Shown: piece after piece, positions 1-9,681 of the stretch
Position numbering within the stretch: position 1 is the stretch's first letter
Layout of the letters: each line of letters starts with the position of its first letter
Assembly: GCA_043810775.1 (NCBI GenBank)
Contig: JBDRNU010000025.1
Coordinates: 1-64,000 of the forward strand
DNA from: an archaeon
Lineage (GTDB): Archaea > Nanobdellota > Nanobdellia > Pacearchaeales > GW2011-AR1
Direction: 5' to 3'
Length of the DNA: 64,000 bases
Position numbers and translations under genes: made by a program
The notes under the pieces: generated by a model
Told to the model about the DNA's origin: nothing
Databases searched by the model: none
Seen by the model: the letters and a program-made list of their open reading frames with translations, nothing else

Positions 1-140
1 TTGCCAGTTTCGTTAATTACAAATATATTGGAAAATCCAATTTCCTCAAGTGCCTGCCTGTCTCGCTTGCCTTCTACTATAATTAGATATTTTTTAAATT
101 TAGCCAGCTCTTTTTCAAGCTCTTTGCGCATTGCTACCAT
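1..140 (-). CDS. Small Toprim-domain protein (5' part only; truncated by window edge)
   Basis: Hand translation from ATG at 140: MVAMRKELEKELAKFKKYLIIVEGKRDRQALEEIGFSNIFVINETG; IIVEGxxD is the Toprim motif. Confidence 0.75.
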   Translation of the reverse strand, partial: MVAMRKELEKELAKFKKYLIIVEGKRDRQALEEIGFSNIFVINETG

Positions 141-152
141 ATTATGCTGAAA

Positions 153-227
153 TGGACCTGAAGGGAGTTGAACCCTCGACACCCGGATTAAGAGTCCGGT
201 GCTCTAACCAAGCTGAGCTACAGATCC
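153..227 (-). tRNA. tRNA-Lys (anticodon CTT), intronless, CCA not encoded
   Basis: Reverse complement GGATCTGTAGCTCAGCTTGGTTAGAGCACCGGACTCTTAATCCGGGTGTCGAGGGTTCAACTCCCTTCAGGTCCA folds as a cloverleaf: acceptor GGATCTG/CAGGTCC, anticodon arm CCGGA-CTCTTAA-TCCGG, T loop GTTCAAC. Confidence 0.95.
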
Positions 228-322
228 ATAAAGGGCACCAAAGGTTCCCTTTAAGAAGACGAGCAATATTAAGTTTAAAAATATGTTGTTAATTACCACA
301 ATTATTAAAAATACAATTTATA

Positions 323-937
323 TTGAGTTTTATGAGTGATGAGGATTATGAAATTTTAGTAGTTCCTAGGGACAAGCTTTTTCCTGAAAAAGCATTTAAC
401 GGCTTTTTAGCCAGAGGTTCTTTTGATTATGAAAAAATTATTTTGGAAAATTGGGAAGCATTGTTAAGAAGCCAGGCTGAAAGCAATTTTTCTTATAAAC
501 AGGCAGTAGGTTATGCATTATTAGCTAATTTTGACAAGAAATTGATTTTTGCTTATCAGCGGGAAAAGGATCCTGGTGCACGTATGCAGAGACCTTCATG
601 GCAGTGGTCTTTAGGTGGAGGTGGTCATATTGAGCCAGGAGATATGGTTGATGGTTCTATAGAAAAAGGGATGTTGCGAGAATTTGGAGAAGAGGTGAGA
701 GTTAATGGAGATCTTAAAATTAATGCTTTGGGATATATTAATGATGATGAAGATGCTTTTGGGAAACTGCACTTTGCCATGCTTTATTTAATTGAAACTG
801 ATGCAACTGAAGTTTTATGGTCTGAAAAAAATGAGATGAGGGTTGCTAAGTTTATACCAGTTGAAGAAGCTGTTGAATTAAAAGAAAAAAGGATTATTAG
901 AAAGCTGGTCCAAAATAGGATTAGAGCAAATACTTAA
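323..937 (+). CDS. Nudix-fold predicted phosphoesterase (COG4112-like); C-terminus probably frameshifted
   Basis: SLGGGGHIEPGD...GMLREFGEEV and GYINDD..FGKLHF motifs; the typical LESWS ending lies in the +1 frame (stop 945-947). Confidence 0.75.
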   Translation: MSFMSDEDYEILVVPRDKLFPEKAFNGFLARGSFDYEKIILENWEALLRSQAESNFSYKQAVGYALLANFDKKLIFAYQREKDPGARMQRPSWQWSLGGGGHIEPGDMVDGSIEKGMLREFGEEVRVNGDLKINALGYINDDEDAFGKLHFAMLYLIETDATEVLWSEKNEMRVAKFIPVEEAVELKEKRIIRKLVQNRIRANT

Positions 938-943
938 TAGATT

Positions 944-1558
944 TTAGCAAATTTTCTTTGTTGGGATTTCTAGTGTATGGTAAATACAGTCTAATTCTTT
1001 GTTTGCATTTCCGTCAATTCCAGTTGATTGAACATTATATTCTCCTTGTACTGTTTTTTGCTGTCCTGGGTCTAGAGTTGTTGATAGTATTTCACTATAT
1101 AATTCCTGACCTTCTATTATTGAATAAGTTAGTTCTATTTTGATTATGCCAGATATTTCATCATCAAAATTCTTAACTTCAGCTGAACAGGTTATAGTTT
1201 TGTCAATACATATGCTTCCGTCATATAGGTTGCATACCTGATTTTTTATAAAACTCTTTATAATATAAGGAATTTCAACTATGCAAGGGTCTTCATTGAT
1301 ATCATCAGTTGAGCTTCCACCACTATCACCTCCACCACCTCCGCCACCACTGCTGGTATTTATTATTGAGTCATCAGTTATTGGCTCTGGATTATTTTCA
1401 GGATTATATGGGTTTTCATCTGTATCTTTATTAAAAATACTTCCAAGATCATTGTCTTTAGGATTGTAGAATATAAGTATTATTCCAACTAGTATAATTA
1501 CAATAAGAATAATTGAGACAATTATAATTTCAGCTGACCCCTTTTTCATACTTTTCAT
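944..1558 (-). CDS. Membrane-anchored/secreted protein with poly-Gly linker and Cys-containing Ig-like region
   Basis: MKKG followed by long hydrophobic helix (class III signal-peptide-like), GGGGGGG linker, several Cys. Confidence 0.6.
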   Translation of the reverse strand: MKSMKKGSAEIIIVSIILIVIILVGIILIFYNPKDNDLGSIFNKDTDENPYNPENNPEPITDDSIINTSSGGGGGGGDSGGSSTDDINEDPCIVEIPYIIKSFIKNQVCNLYDGSICIDKTITCSAEVKNFDDEISGIIKIELTYSIIEGQELYSEILSTTLDPGQQKTVQGEYNVQSTGIDGNANKELDCIYHTLEIPTKKIC

Positions 1559-1653
1559 GTCAATATTAATTAGGATAAGGAATTTATAAATTTAAGGTTT
1601 ACTTGTATTCTCTACTTGAACACAAGTAATCCTATATTATTAATTTATTACTA

Positions 1654-1962
1654 TTACTTGTATTCTCGCCAGGTATGCTTGCACTTTGTACAGCGAAAGA
1701 AACGAGTTTCAGCTTCATCACCTGCTCTAGTTTGAGTTGTCCAAAAATAAGCTTCTTTATGGTTGCATTTTGAGCAAGAGGCAGCTGTAACTGGGAATAC
1801 ATCAGTGTCTTTTTCTGTAACTACTCCTACTTTTTGCTTTTCTTGAAGTTTTTCGCTAGCTTCAATTTTTATTTTGCTTTTAGAGGTATATCCACATTTT
1901 GCGCAACCGAAATTTTTCCTCTTTTCAATAAAGACTGAACCGCATTTTGGGCAAAATTCCAT
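1654..1962 (-). CDS. tfs: Transcription elongation/cleavage factor TFS (RpoM-like)
   Basis: MEFCPKCG N-terminal Zn ribbon; C-terminal CSKC...QTRAGDEAETRFFRCTKCKHTWRE with catalytic DE pair; start moved to ATG at 1962. Confidence 0.92.
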   Translation of the reverse strand: MEFCPKCGSVFIEKRKNFGCAKCGYTSKSKIKIEASEKLQEKQKVGVVTEKDTDVFPVTAASCSKCNHKEAYFWTTQTRAGDEAETRFFRCTKCKHTWREYK

Positions 1963-1996
1963 CGTTTTCTTTATTTTTAATGATTTATAAATGTTT

Positions 1997-2614
1997 CTAG
2001 CTACAACTAGATATTGGTTCTCCCCTATAAATGTCAACAAAAAACAGTTTTATCCATCCTATATAAGGTATTCTTACAAGTGACTTGCCTATAACTGCGT
2101 CTTGTGGAATGTTTTTTTCATCATCCAGCTGATCGAAATTATTATCTCCTTTGGTGGAATAGTAATTTCCTGTAATTTTTTCTTGTTTTAATATTACCCT
2201 ATGAATAATTGGATGAGTTCTTCTAGCTTGAAATATAATCACCTGCCCCGGCTTTATTGAACCATAGCCATAAGCAATTACAATATCTCCTTTATTCAAG
2301 CCGTTTTTAAAAGGCCAGTCTTTTATTTCTTGATTTGAAATATTCATATTATTATACCATTCACTATTTTCAGCAAGCCAGTCATTAAAATTGCCCGGAT
2401 GATACATGCTGCATGATTCTACAACCACTAGCGGAAGCTGAGTGCCTAGTGCAAATGATAGAACTGGAAAGAAAATAAATTTTACAATTATGAAAGCAAG
2501 AATTAAAGATACTATCCAGCTTGCTAAGCTATCTTCACACCAGACAAAGTACCAGAATTTTTTAAGAGGGTTTTCTTCATCTCTGTAAGACTTCCTCTTT
2601 TTTTTGCCATTCAT
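1997..2614 (-). CDS. Signal peptidase I, archaeal S26B (Sec11-like)
   Basis: TM helix then VVESCSMY (catalytic Ser), KGDIV, PIIHRV (His), TKGDNN, IPYIG. Confidence 0.9.
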   Translation of the reverse strand: MNGKKKRKSYRDEENPLKKFWYFVWCEDSLASWIVSLILAFIIVKFIFFPVLSFALGTQLPLVVVESCSMYHPGNFNDWLAENSEWYNNMNISNQEIKDWPFKNGLNKGDIVIAYGYGSIKPGQVIIFQARRTHPIIHRVILKQEKITGNYYSTKGDNNFDQLDDEKNIPQDAVIGKSLVRIPYIGWIKLFFVDIYRGEPISSCS

Positions 2615-2698
2615 TTTATTAACTAGGAATGTGGGTTTTTAAAGTTAGTTAATGATTATCGAAAGATTTAAATAGTATATCTTTCTTGTGTATACATA

Positions 2699-2745
2699 AG
2701 GTATATACATACCTCCTTTCCCGCTGCATTCTTTAAGAATGCAGC
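2699..2745. promoter_or_regulatory. Two adjacent inverted repeats downstream of a TATA-like box (operator or structured leader)
   Basis: AGGTAT-atac-ATACCT and perfect GCTGCATTCTT-T-AAGAATGCAGC (2723-2745); TTTAAATA about 30 nt upstream. Confidence 0.45.
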
Positions 2746-2755
2746 TTATATTCAG

Positions 2756-2932
2756 ATGAAACTAAATAAAAATAAAACAAAGGAAATTAAAGAGGGAGGA
2801 ATTAATATTATTATTAGTGCAGTTATAGCTTTAGCAGTTTATTATATATTCCAATTTTATGATGCTTCAACTGAAACCTGGTTTTTTATGTTTACTTTTT
2901 TATTATTATTCATTCTTTTGGAGCAAAAATAA
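2756..2932 (+). CDS. Small two-TM membrane protein (58 aa), not in ORF track
   Basis: MKLNKNKTKEIKEGGINIIISAVIALAVYYIFQFYDASTETWFFMFTFLLLFILLEQK*; stop 3 nt before next ATG. Confidence 0.65.
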   Translation: MKLNKNKTKEIKEGGINIIISAVIALAVYYIFQFYDASTETWFFMFTFLLLFILLEQK

Positions 2933-2935
2933 AAA

Positions 2936-3292
2936 ATGGCAGACTTATTTTCACACAGGATAATTTGCACCAAGTGCAATAAGGACATGAAACTTATAGA
3001 AATATTTAAAGATGGGTTTAAGATTAGAGCCCTTGAGTGTGAGAGGTGCAAGGAAAAAATTATACATCCTCAAGATGAGGCTGAATATAAAAATTTCGTG
3101 AACTTAAAGAGAAAGAATTATAAAGTCAAATTGCGACTCGTAGGAAATAGCTATACTGTATCAATTCCAAAAGAAATAGTTGAGTTTATGCATGAACAGG
3201 AAAAGATAATGGATGATATGGTTAGATTATGTTTTAGTAATGCCAGGAGATTAAGCTTAATGTTTGGCGAGGAGGATGAAAATGACATCTAA
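2936..3292 (+). CDS. Zn-ribbon plus AbrB/MazE (SpoVT-type) DNA-binding protein
   Basis: CTKC...CERC and LRLVGNSYTVSIPKEIV swapped-hairpin motif. Confidence 0.75.
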   Translation: MADLFSHRIICTKCNKDMKLIEIFKDGFKIRALECERCKEKIIHPQDEAEYKNFVNLKRKNYKVKLRLVGNSYTVSIPKEIVEFMHEQEKIMDDMVRLCFSNARRLSLMFGEEDENDI

Positions 3293-5570
3293 AGATGAAG
3301 TGAGATTAAAGGTTGTAGAAGCTTTGCAGGATGATGCATACAAAGGCATAGCTAGGATTGACTTAGATGTCATGAAAAAACTTGGGCTAAGCAGGGGAGA
3401 TGTTATTTCTATAAAAGGGGGCAAGGAGACTGTTGCTATTGTGGATAGGGCTTATCCTGCTGATATTGGGGAGCCTATAATAAGAATTGATGGGATTATT
3501 AGAAAAAATGCGCGGGCGGGGATTTCTGAAATAGTTGTTGTTAAAAAAGCTGAAATAAGAGAAGCTAAGAAAGTGGTGATTGCCCCTTCTCAAAAGGGTA
3601 TGATTGTGCAGACTGACCCTGAAAATTTAAAGCAGGGATTATTGGGGAGAGCTATAGTTAAGGGAGATATTGTTGTTCTTGGAGGCACACAAAGAAGACG
3701 CGATTTAATGTCTGAAATGGATTTATTCGGGGATATTTTTGAAGCTCTTGGAGGAGGGATAGGTGGTATGGGTTTTTCTGGATTAAGTCAGGTGAGATTT
3801 TTAATAGTTAATACTTCTCCGAATCAGCCAGTAGTAATTACTGAATCCACTGATTTACATTTATCTAGCAAGGCTATTCAAGTTAGTGAAGAAAAAATTC
3901 CAGAAGTAACTTATGAGGATATTGGAGGTTTATCTGAAGAGGTGAAAAAAGTTAGGGAAATGGTTGAGCTTCCTTTAAAACATCCTGAAATTTTTGACAG
4001 GCTTGGAATTGAGCCACCTAAAGGAGTATTATTACATGGGCCTCCTGGAACTGGAAAGACCTTACTTGCCAAGGCAGTTGCAAATGAAAGTGAAGCTAGT
4101 TTTATTTTATTGAACGGGCCTGAAATTATGAGCAAATTTTATGGCGAGTCAGAAAAGAATTTAAGAGATAAGTTTGAAGAAGCTGAGAAAACTGCTCCTG
4201 CGATTATATTTATTGATGAGATAGATGCAATTGCTCCTAAAAGAGAGGAAGCTTTTGGAGAGGTTGAGAGACGAGTGGTGTCGCAGTTACTGACTGCAAT
4301 GGATGGATTACAGTCAAGAGGCAAGGTGGTTGTAATTGCTGCTACAAACAGGCCGAATGCCATTGATCCTGCATTGAGAAGGCCAGGAAGATTTGATCGC
4401 GAGGTTCAGATTTCTGTTCCTGATTATGGCGGAAGATTATCAATTTTAAAAATTCATACTAGGGGTATGCCTCTTGAAGGTGTGAATTTAGAAGAACTTG
4501 CAAGAATTACTCATGGATTTGTTGGTGCAGATTTATCTGCCCTAGCTAAAGAAGCTGCAATGAATGTTTTGAGAAAGCTACTTCCACAACTGAAATTAGA
4601 AGAAGATGAGGAGATTCCTCAGGAGATGCTTGAAAAATTAAGAATTACTAAAAAAGATTTTGATGATGCTTTGAAAGTAGTCAGACCTTCAGCTATGAGG
4701 GAGGTTCTTGTTGAAACTCCTAATATAGGGTGGGATGATGTTGGTGGTTTAGATAAAGTAAAGCAAGAACTTAAGGAAGCAGTTGAGTGGCCATTGAAGC
4801 ATCCTGATTCATTTATTAAAATGGGGATAAGACCTCCAAGAGGTGTTTTATTATATGGGCCTCCTGGAACTGGAAAGACCTTACTTGCCAAGGCAGTTGC
4901 TAAAGAAGCTGAAGCTAATTTTATACAAGTGAAGGGACCTTCATTATTGAGCATGTGGGTTGGCAAATCTGAAGAAGGTGTTAGAAAGGTTTTTGAAAGA
5001 GCAAGACAAGTTGCTCCGTGCATAGTTTTCTTTGATGAGATTGACTCTCTAGCGAGCAGAAGAGGAGCTGACCCAAGCCATCATAGAGTTACTGAACAAG
5101 TGCTAAATCAGATTTTAGCTGAAATGGATGGCTTAGAGGAAATGCGAAATGTTCTTGTAATTGGAGCTACTAATAGACCTGATATGCTGGACCCTGCTAT
5201 TTTAAGACCAGGAAGATTTGACAGGATAGTGCTAGTTCCTCCACCAGTTAAAGAGGGAAGAGAAGAGATTCTTAAAATTCACACTAAAAATATGCCTTTA
5301 GCTAAAGATGTAAGTATAAATCATCTTGCTGATAAGACTGAGGGATATGTTGGGGCAGATATTGAATCTCTGGTTAGAGAAGCTGCTATGCTAACTTTAA
5401 GGAAAGATATCAAGAGCAAGGAAGTTAATAAAAAGGCATTTGAAGAGGCTTTGAAAAAAGTCAGAGCTTCTGTAAGCAAGGAATCTTTGGAGAAATACAA
5501 GAAGCTTGAGGAAAATTATTTGAAGTCAGCTAGAGCTGCGTTAGAGAACGGGCCTGCTTATCTTGGATAA
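3282..5570 (+). CDS. cdc48: Cdc48/VAT-family AAA+ ATPase
   Basis: N-domain plus two AAA modules ([36 protein letters not shown]), C-terminal HbYX-like YLG; GGAGG ahead of ATG 3282. Confidence 0.96.
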   Translation: MTSKDEVRLKVVEALQDDAYKGIARIDLDVMKKLGLSRGDVISIKGGKETVAIVDRAYPADIGEPIIRIDGIIRKNARAGISEIVVVKKAEIREAKKVVIAPSQKGMIVQTDPENLKQGLLGRAIVKGDIVVLGGTQRRRDLMSEMDLFGDIFEALGGGIGGMGFSGLSQVRFLIVNTSPNQPVVITESTDLHLSSKAIQVSEEKIPEVTYEDIGGLSEEVKKVREMVELPLKHPEIFDRLGIEPPKGVLLHGPPGTGKTLLAKAVANESEASFILLNGPEIMSKFYGESEKNLRDKFEEAEKTAPAIIFIDEIDAIAPKREEAFGEVERRVVSQLLTAMDGLQSRGKVVVIAATNRPNAIDPALRRPGRFDREVQISVPDYGGRLSILKIHTRGMPLEGVNLEELARITHGFVGADLSALAKEAAMNVLRKLLPQLKLEEDEEIPQEMLEKLRITKKDFDDALKVVRPSAMREVLVETPNIGWDDVGGLDKVKQELKEAVEWPLKHPDSFIKMGIRPPRGVLLYGPPGTGKTLLAKAVAKEAEANFIQVKGPSLLSMWVGKSEEGVRKVFERARQVAPCIVFFDEIDSLASRRGADPSHHRVTEQVLNQILAEMDGLEEMRNVLVIGATNRPDMLDPAILRPGRFDRIVLVPPPVKEGREEILKIHTKNMPLAKDVSINHLADKTEGYVGADIESLVREAAMLTLRKDIKSKEVNKKAFEEALKKVRASVSKESLEKYKKLEENYLKSARAALENGPAYLG
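4036..4900 (+). repeat. Identical 46-bp direct repeat in cdc48 D1 and D2 Walker A regions (4036-4081 and 4855-4900)
   Basis: ATGGGCCTCCTGGAACTGGAAAGACCTTACTTGCCAAGGCAGTTGC occurs twice. Confidence 0.85.
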
Positions 5571-5571
5571 A

Positions 5572-5958
5572 ATGACAGACTATCCAGAACATTTAGATGA
5601 ATCATTTGGAACTAATGGAAAGAGAACAAGCCCCAGATTGAAAAAGGGCGTGAAAAATTTTATAATTGATATTGATGGTGTTGTTTCTGAAGATATTCCT
5701 AATGAAGAGCCTGAAAGGATGGTAACAGCCTGCGAGATTTCTGGATCAAAGGAGCAGATAAATAAATGGTTTGATGAAGGAAATATAATTACTTTTTTTA
5801 CTTCGAGAGGAAATGAGCTGAAGGAAATAACTGAGAGGTGGCTGAAGGAAAGAGGATTTAAGTTTCATCAGCTGATTTGCGGAAAGCCAAGAGGTGGGAG
5901 TTATCATTACATTGATGATAAGGATATACAGGCTACTAAATTTGATGGCAAGTTTTAA
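5572..5958 (+). CDS. Small cap-less HAD-superfamily phosphatase
   Basis: IDIDGVV motif I, FTSR motif II, GKP and YIDDK motifs. Confidence 0.8.
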   Translation: MTDYPEHLDESFGTNGKRTSPRLKKGVKNFIIDIDGVVSEDIPNEEPERMVTACEISGSKEQINKWFDEGNIITFFTSRGNELKEITERWLKERGFKFHQLICGKPRGGSYHYIDDKDIQATKFDGKF

Positions 5959-6083
5959 ATTTAGAAAAAAATCTTTATCTGTCTAAAAATCCGGGTTGTG
6001 GTAAACCTAGTAGTTTTTATAAGCTTAAAAAGCTTTCCTTTTTTGCATAGTCAGATTTAAAAATGATTTTTCTTGATTAAAAT

Positions 6084-6419
6084 ATGATAAAAATGCCTAT
6101 TTGCAAAAAATGCGGGAAGTTATTGAAGATTTTTAGAGAAGGAGAAAAAATTATTGGCAAATGTATTTGTGGATTTGAAAAAGAGGTTTCAATGACTTTT
6201 AACGATAATATTATCAAGAAAACTGAAAAAGGCAAGGGAGTTATTGATAAGAAAAAGGATTTTTCAGGATTTCCCCATACTTGCAAGAAGTGTGGGCATA
6301 GTTTTTCAGATGTTACTGATATGGGCACTTTTTATGGAGATGAGGCAAATGTTTACCTTTTTACTTGTAAGAAGTGTGGATATATAGAAAGGCAGGCTGA
6401 TGGAACTGGCAATAAATAG
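6084..6419 (+). CDS. Divergent TFS/RpoM-like double Zn-ribbon protein
   Basis: CKKCG...CICG; HTCKKCGH...YGDEANVYLFTCKKCGY; GDE kept but QTR missing. Confidence 0.7.
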   Translation: MIKMPICKKCGKLLKIFREGEKIIGKCICGFEKEVSMTFNDNIIKKTEKGKGVIDKKKDFSGFPHTCKKCGHSFSDVTDMGTFYGDEANVYLFTCKKCGYIERQADGTGNK

Positions 6420-6555
6420 CAATATTTTAACAATTATTAATAAAAAATACTTAAAGAGATGTAGGGTGAGGCATTATAAGTTTGGCTCAATTATTGATTG
6501 AATTTTGCATTATCAACAAGATTATTTAGTGCATTATATCAGAATTAACAAATAA

Positions 6556-7449
6556 TTAGATAGTAGTTACTTCTACTTTATCAGTTATGAGGAAGGAGTG
6601 TTCTGCATGAGCTACTTTTCCGTGGCCTTTTTCAATTAGCTGAGGATACTGATGAATTATTTTAGCTTGTTCCATTAGCTTGAGAGAGAGCAAGGCTCTG
6701 GAGCTGAACTTTTTAACTATCCATCTAGTGCAGAATGGAAGGCCTTTATATTCTTGTTCAATGTAGTCCATTATATCACGGGCAAGAGAATCGCGGACTG
6801 CTGCTCTTTTGTCAAAACGATATATTCCAGAAGGCTTGCCTTCGTATACTATTCCCTGTCCTGAAGTTGAAAAAGGTTCAATTGCATAAGTTCCTTGTTC
6901 AAGCTGAACATGTGAGTTATTATCACAGTTAGGAATTGTGATTCCTGCATGGACTTTATAGGCAGATAGTGAGTGCCCTGACAGGTTTCTTATTGGGGTA
7001 AAATTATATGATTCAATTGTTTTTTGAATTATGCTTCCTATTTTACTTACTTCAGTATCTGGCTTGACTATTGAGAGAGCATTTTGAAGTGCTTTTTCAG
7101 CTGCTTCAATTAGCTTTTTGTTTTCTTCAGAGTTTTCTAAGTCAATAGAAAATGCTGTATCGGCAATTTGCCCATTAATATGGACTCCTAAATCAATTTT
7201 CAGCAATCCTGAAGCTTTTGTTTTATCTCCAGGAGAAGGAGTAAAGTGGGCAGCAATGTCATTTATAGAAAGATTAATGGGAAAAGCTGGCCTGCCTCCA
7301 AGTTCGTAGATTTTAGATTCAATTTTTTCTGCAAGTTCAAGTAAAGGAATATCTTTTTTTATAATTGATTTTGCATATTTACAAGTTTCTCGGGCAATTT
7401 GCCCTGCTTTCTTGAATTCCTGAATTTGAGTCTGATTCATTTTTTCCAT
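6556..7449 (-). CDS. map: Methionine aminopeptidase type II
   Basis: AFPINLSINDIAAHFTP, KIDLGVHING..ADTA, NLSGHSL..YKVHAG, AIEPF, AHAEHS. Confidence 0.95.
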   Translation of the reverse strand: MEKMNQTQIQEFKKAGQIARETCKYAKSIIKKDIPLLELAEKIESKIYELGGRPAFPINLSINDIAAHFTPSPGDKTKASGLLKIDLGVHINGQIADTAFSIDLENSEENKKLIEAAEKALQNALSIVKPDTEVSKIGSIIQKTIESYNFTPIRNLSGHSLSAYKVHAGITIPNCDNNSHVQLEQGTYAIEPFSTSGQGIVYEGKPSGIYRFDKRAAVRDSLARDIMDYIEQEYKGLPFCTRWIVKKFSSRALLSLKLMEQAKIIHQYPQLIEKGHGKVAHAEHSFLITDKVEVTTI

Positions 7450-7834
7450 TAAATTCTATATAATCTGCTGGGACAACATGCCATGCCTTATATCTTGGCT
7501 TGCCATTTTTATGCTGTCCTTCTTGTTGTTCGTATGTAAGTAAAACTTTTTGACCTTTAAAAAGCCTTACGTTTCCTTTATTTCCTTTACTATCTCTTTT
7601 CCATTGAACATTTTTCCAGCTGGCAAATGGGCTGTATTCTGATGAGGAAGCTATTTCTTCTGTTCTTTGTTCAGCCATTTTTTCAATTAAGTATTGTTCA
7701 AGATCTTTGGCAGTTTCAAACTCGCTCGCAATAACATCTAGGGGAATAATAAATCCTGAACCTCTATTAAAATCCCAAAAGTGAATTATTCCAACTGTAT
7801 AATTGCTTAGGTAAGATATAGGTATTTTTTCCAT
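7379..7834 (-). CDS. Hypothetical protein with cold-shock/OB-fold-like motifs
   Basis: GIIHFWDFNRGSGFII and FKGQKVLLTY...YKAWHVVP resemble CSD strands, separated by an insert. Confidence 0.5.
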   Translation of the reverse strand: MEKIPISYLSNYTVGIIHFWDFNRGSGFIIPLDVIASEFETAKDLEQYLIEKMAEQRTEEIASSSEYSPFASWKNVQWKRDSKGNKGNVRLFKGQKVLLTYEQQEGQHKNGKPRYKAWHVVPADYIEFNGKNESDSNSGIQESRANCPRNL

Positions 7835-7980
7835 TTTATCACTTTAAGCTATAGGATTTAGGTTTAAAAAGTTACTCATAAACGGTGATGACTTTTTTCA
7901 ATTTAGTAACTTTTAAAAAGACTTAGTTTATAGCTAAATTGAGGTGCAGCGCCTCAGAAGCTTATTCTGAGAAAATTAAG

Positions 7981-9681
7981 ATGGTAAAAAAACAAATTAG
8001 AACACTAAATGTGGATTTAGATAACCATGGTATTGAGCTAGCTGAAAAGCCAGTTGAAGAGGCTAGTTTAGAAGAAAAGCTAGGAGGTTTTGGAAAGGCA
8101 ATTCAGGATATTGGGAAAAATTTAGCAAGAAATCCAGATTTAAGGCTAGCACATGACCCTAGGAATCTTCTTTGCATTAACACTGGTTTTTTAACAGGCA
8201 CCAATGTAATGACAGCAAAGAGAACTTATGTTTCTGCTTTAAGCCCTTTGAAAACAAGCCTTAAAAGGACAAATGGAATTTATTATTCTACAGCAAGTGG
8301 CATGTTTGGACCTGCATTAAAGGGAGCTGGTTTTGATGCAGTTAATATATCTGGAAGAAATGGAAGAAATCCTCTTTACTTGTTTATTGACAGAAATCAC
8401 GCTTCTTTTGAAGACGCATCTGATTTAATTGGAAAGACAACTGAAGAAAAAATTTATCAATTAGCTGAAAAATACCCTAATTCTGGAATAATGGCAATTG
8501 GGCCTGCTGGTGAGAGTTTAGTGAATTATGCAGGAATTGCTTTTTCAACTTATAATCAAATTAAGAAAGGAAGCAAGCATATGAGATTTGCAGGAAGGGG
8601 TGGAATGGGGGCTGTTATGGGTGGGAAAGGATTGGTAGCAGTAGTTGTTAGTGGCGATGAAAGTAAGATTGATGTTGGTGATGTTAAAGAATTAAATAAA
8701 GAAATAGCAACTGGGCAGAAGACTTTAAAATATAGAAAGGAAGGAACTTTTCAAGGAAATATTGTAAGTATGCAAGAGCTAAATGCTGTTATTGTTGATA
8801 ATTTTTCAAGAGGCTCTGATCCAAGAATAGAGAAGCTTTATAGGAAAAGTTTAGAAGAAGCAGGATATGAAATTAAAAATAAGGCATGCCATGGGTGTGG
8901 AGTAGCTTGCTGGAAGGAAATTAGCAAAGATGGGCAAGTTTTAGGCAAGCTAGATTTTGAGCCTGGAATGCTTCTTGGTCCAAATTTAGGGATATATGAT
9001 ATTAATCAGATAATGCACTTAATTAGCCGTGCTGATTCTCTTGGTTTAGATTCAATTTCTTTAGGAGTTTCACTAGGCTATGAATTAGAAAAGCAAAAAA
9101 GATTTGGGGATTTTGAGCTTGCAAGTAGCTTGACTGAGGAAATTGGAATAGGACATCATCCTTTAATGTGGGGTGTTGCAAAATATTCAAACAGGGCTGA
9201 CAATGCATTTCAAGTCAAGGGAGTTGAACTAGCTGCGTATCCTCCCCATGTAAATCCAGGATATTCTTTTGCAGTTGGAGGCCCTCACACTTCAATAGAT
9301 ACTTATAAATGCTTTATATATCCTGACGCTGCAAATGATGCACCAGAGTGGAGAGATAATACTTTGAGAGGTACAAAAATTCTTCTTTATGATATGAATG
9401 GATTATGTAAATTTTCAAAAGTTAATTTTAAAGACAATGCAGATCTTTATGAAAGAGTTTACGGAGAAAGAGTAAGTGAAGATGATTTTAAAAAAATAGG
9501 CCAAAAAGTTCATTTAATAGCTAGAGGAATTGATTCCAGTTTAGGATTTGGCCATGAAGATGATGTTCTTCCTGGAAATGCACATTTAGATTACCAGATT
9601 AATGGTGTCAAGCATTTTAATACGAGAGAGTTTTTCGAAGATTATAAGGGGGAAGTTTACAGGGCTTATGGTGAGGCTTAA
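7981..9681 (+). CDS. aor: Aldehyde:ferredoxin oxidoreductase family protein
   Basis: SPLK, GPALKGAGFD, AIGPAGE, AGRGGMGAVMG.K, CHGCGVAC, GLDSIS, QVKG.E, GLCKF. Confidence 0.88.
   Translation: MVKKQIRTLNVDLDNHGIELAEKPVEEASLEEKLGGFGKAIQDIGKNLARNPDLRLAHDPRNLLCINTGFLTGTNVMTAKRTYVSALSPLKTSLKRTNGIYYSTASGMFGPALKGAGFDAVNISGRNGRNPLYLFIDRNHASFEDASDLIGKTTEEKIYQLAEKYPNSGIMAIGPAGESLVNYAGIAFSTYNQIKKGSKHMRFAGRGGMGAVMGGKGLVAVVVSGDESKIDVGDVKELNKEIATGQKTLKYRKEGTFQGNIVSMQELNAVIVDNFSRGSDPRIEKLYRKSLEEAGYEIKNKACHGCGVACWKEISKDGQVLGKLDFEPGMLLGPNLGIYDINQIMHLISRADSLGLDSISLGVSLGYELEKQKRFGDFELASSLTEEIGIGHHPLMWGVAKYSNRADNAFQVKGVELAAYPPHVNPGYSFAVGGPHTSIDTYKCFIYPDAANDAPEWRDNTLRGTKILLYDMNGLCKFSKVNFKDNADLYERVYGERVSEDDFKKIGQKVHLIARGIDSSLGFGHEDDVLPGNAHLDYQINGVKHFNTREFFEDYKGEVYRAYGEA

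Noticed and set aside
1-320. Integrated element at tRNA-Lys
   Set aside because: No integrase, no duplicated tRNA 3' end seen in the window, and neighbours look chromosomal.
2711-2719. ACCTCCTTT resembling the 16S rRNA 3' end
   Set aside because: Only 9 nt match and there is no flanking rRNA-like sequence.
3387-5023. Antisense ORFs inside cdc48 (and similar short ORFs inside map, nadK, vWA, polB, aminotransferase, subtilase)
   Set aside because: Shadow frames of strongly conserved genes, with no motifs.
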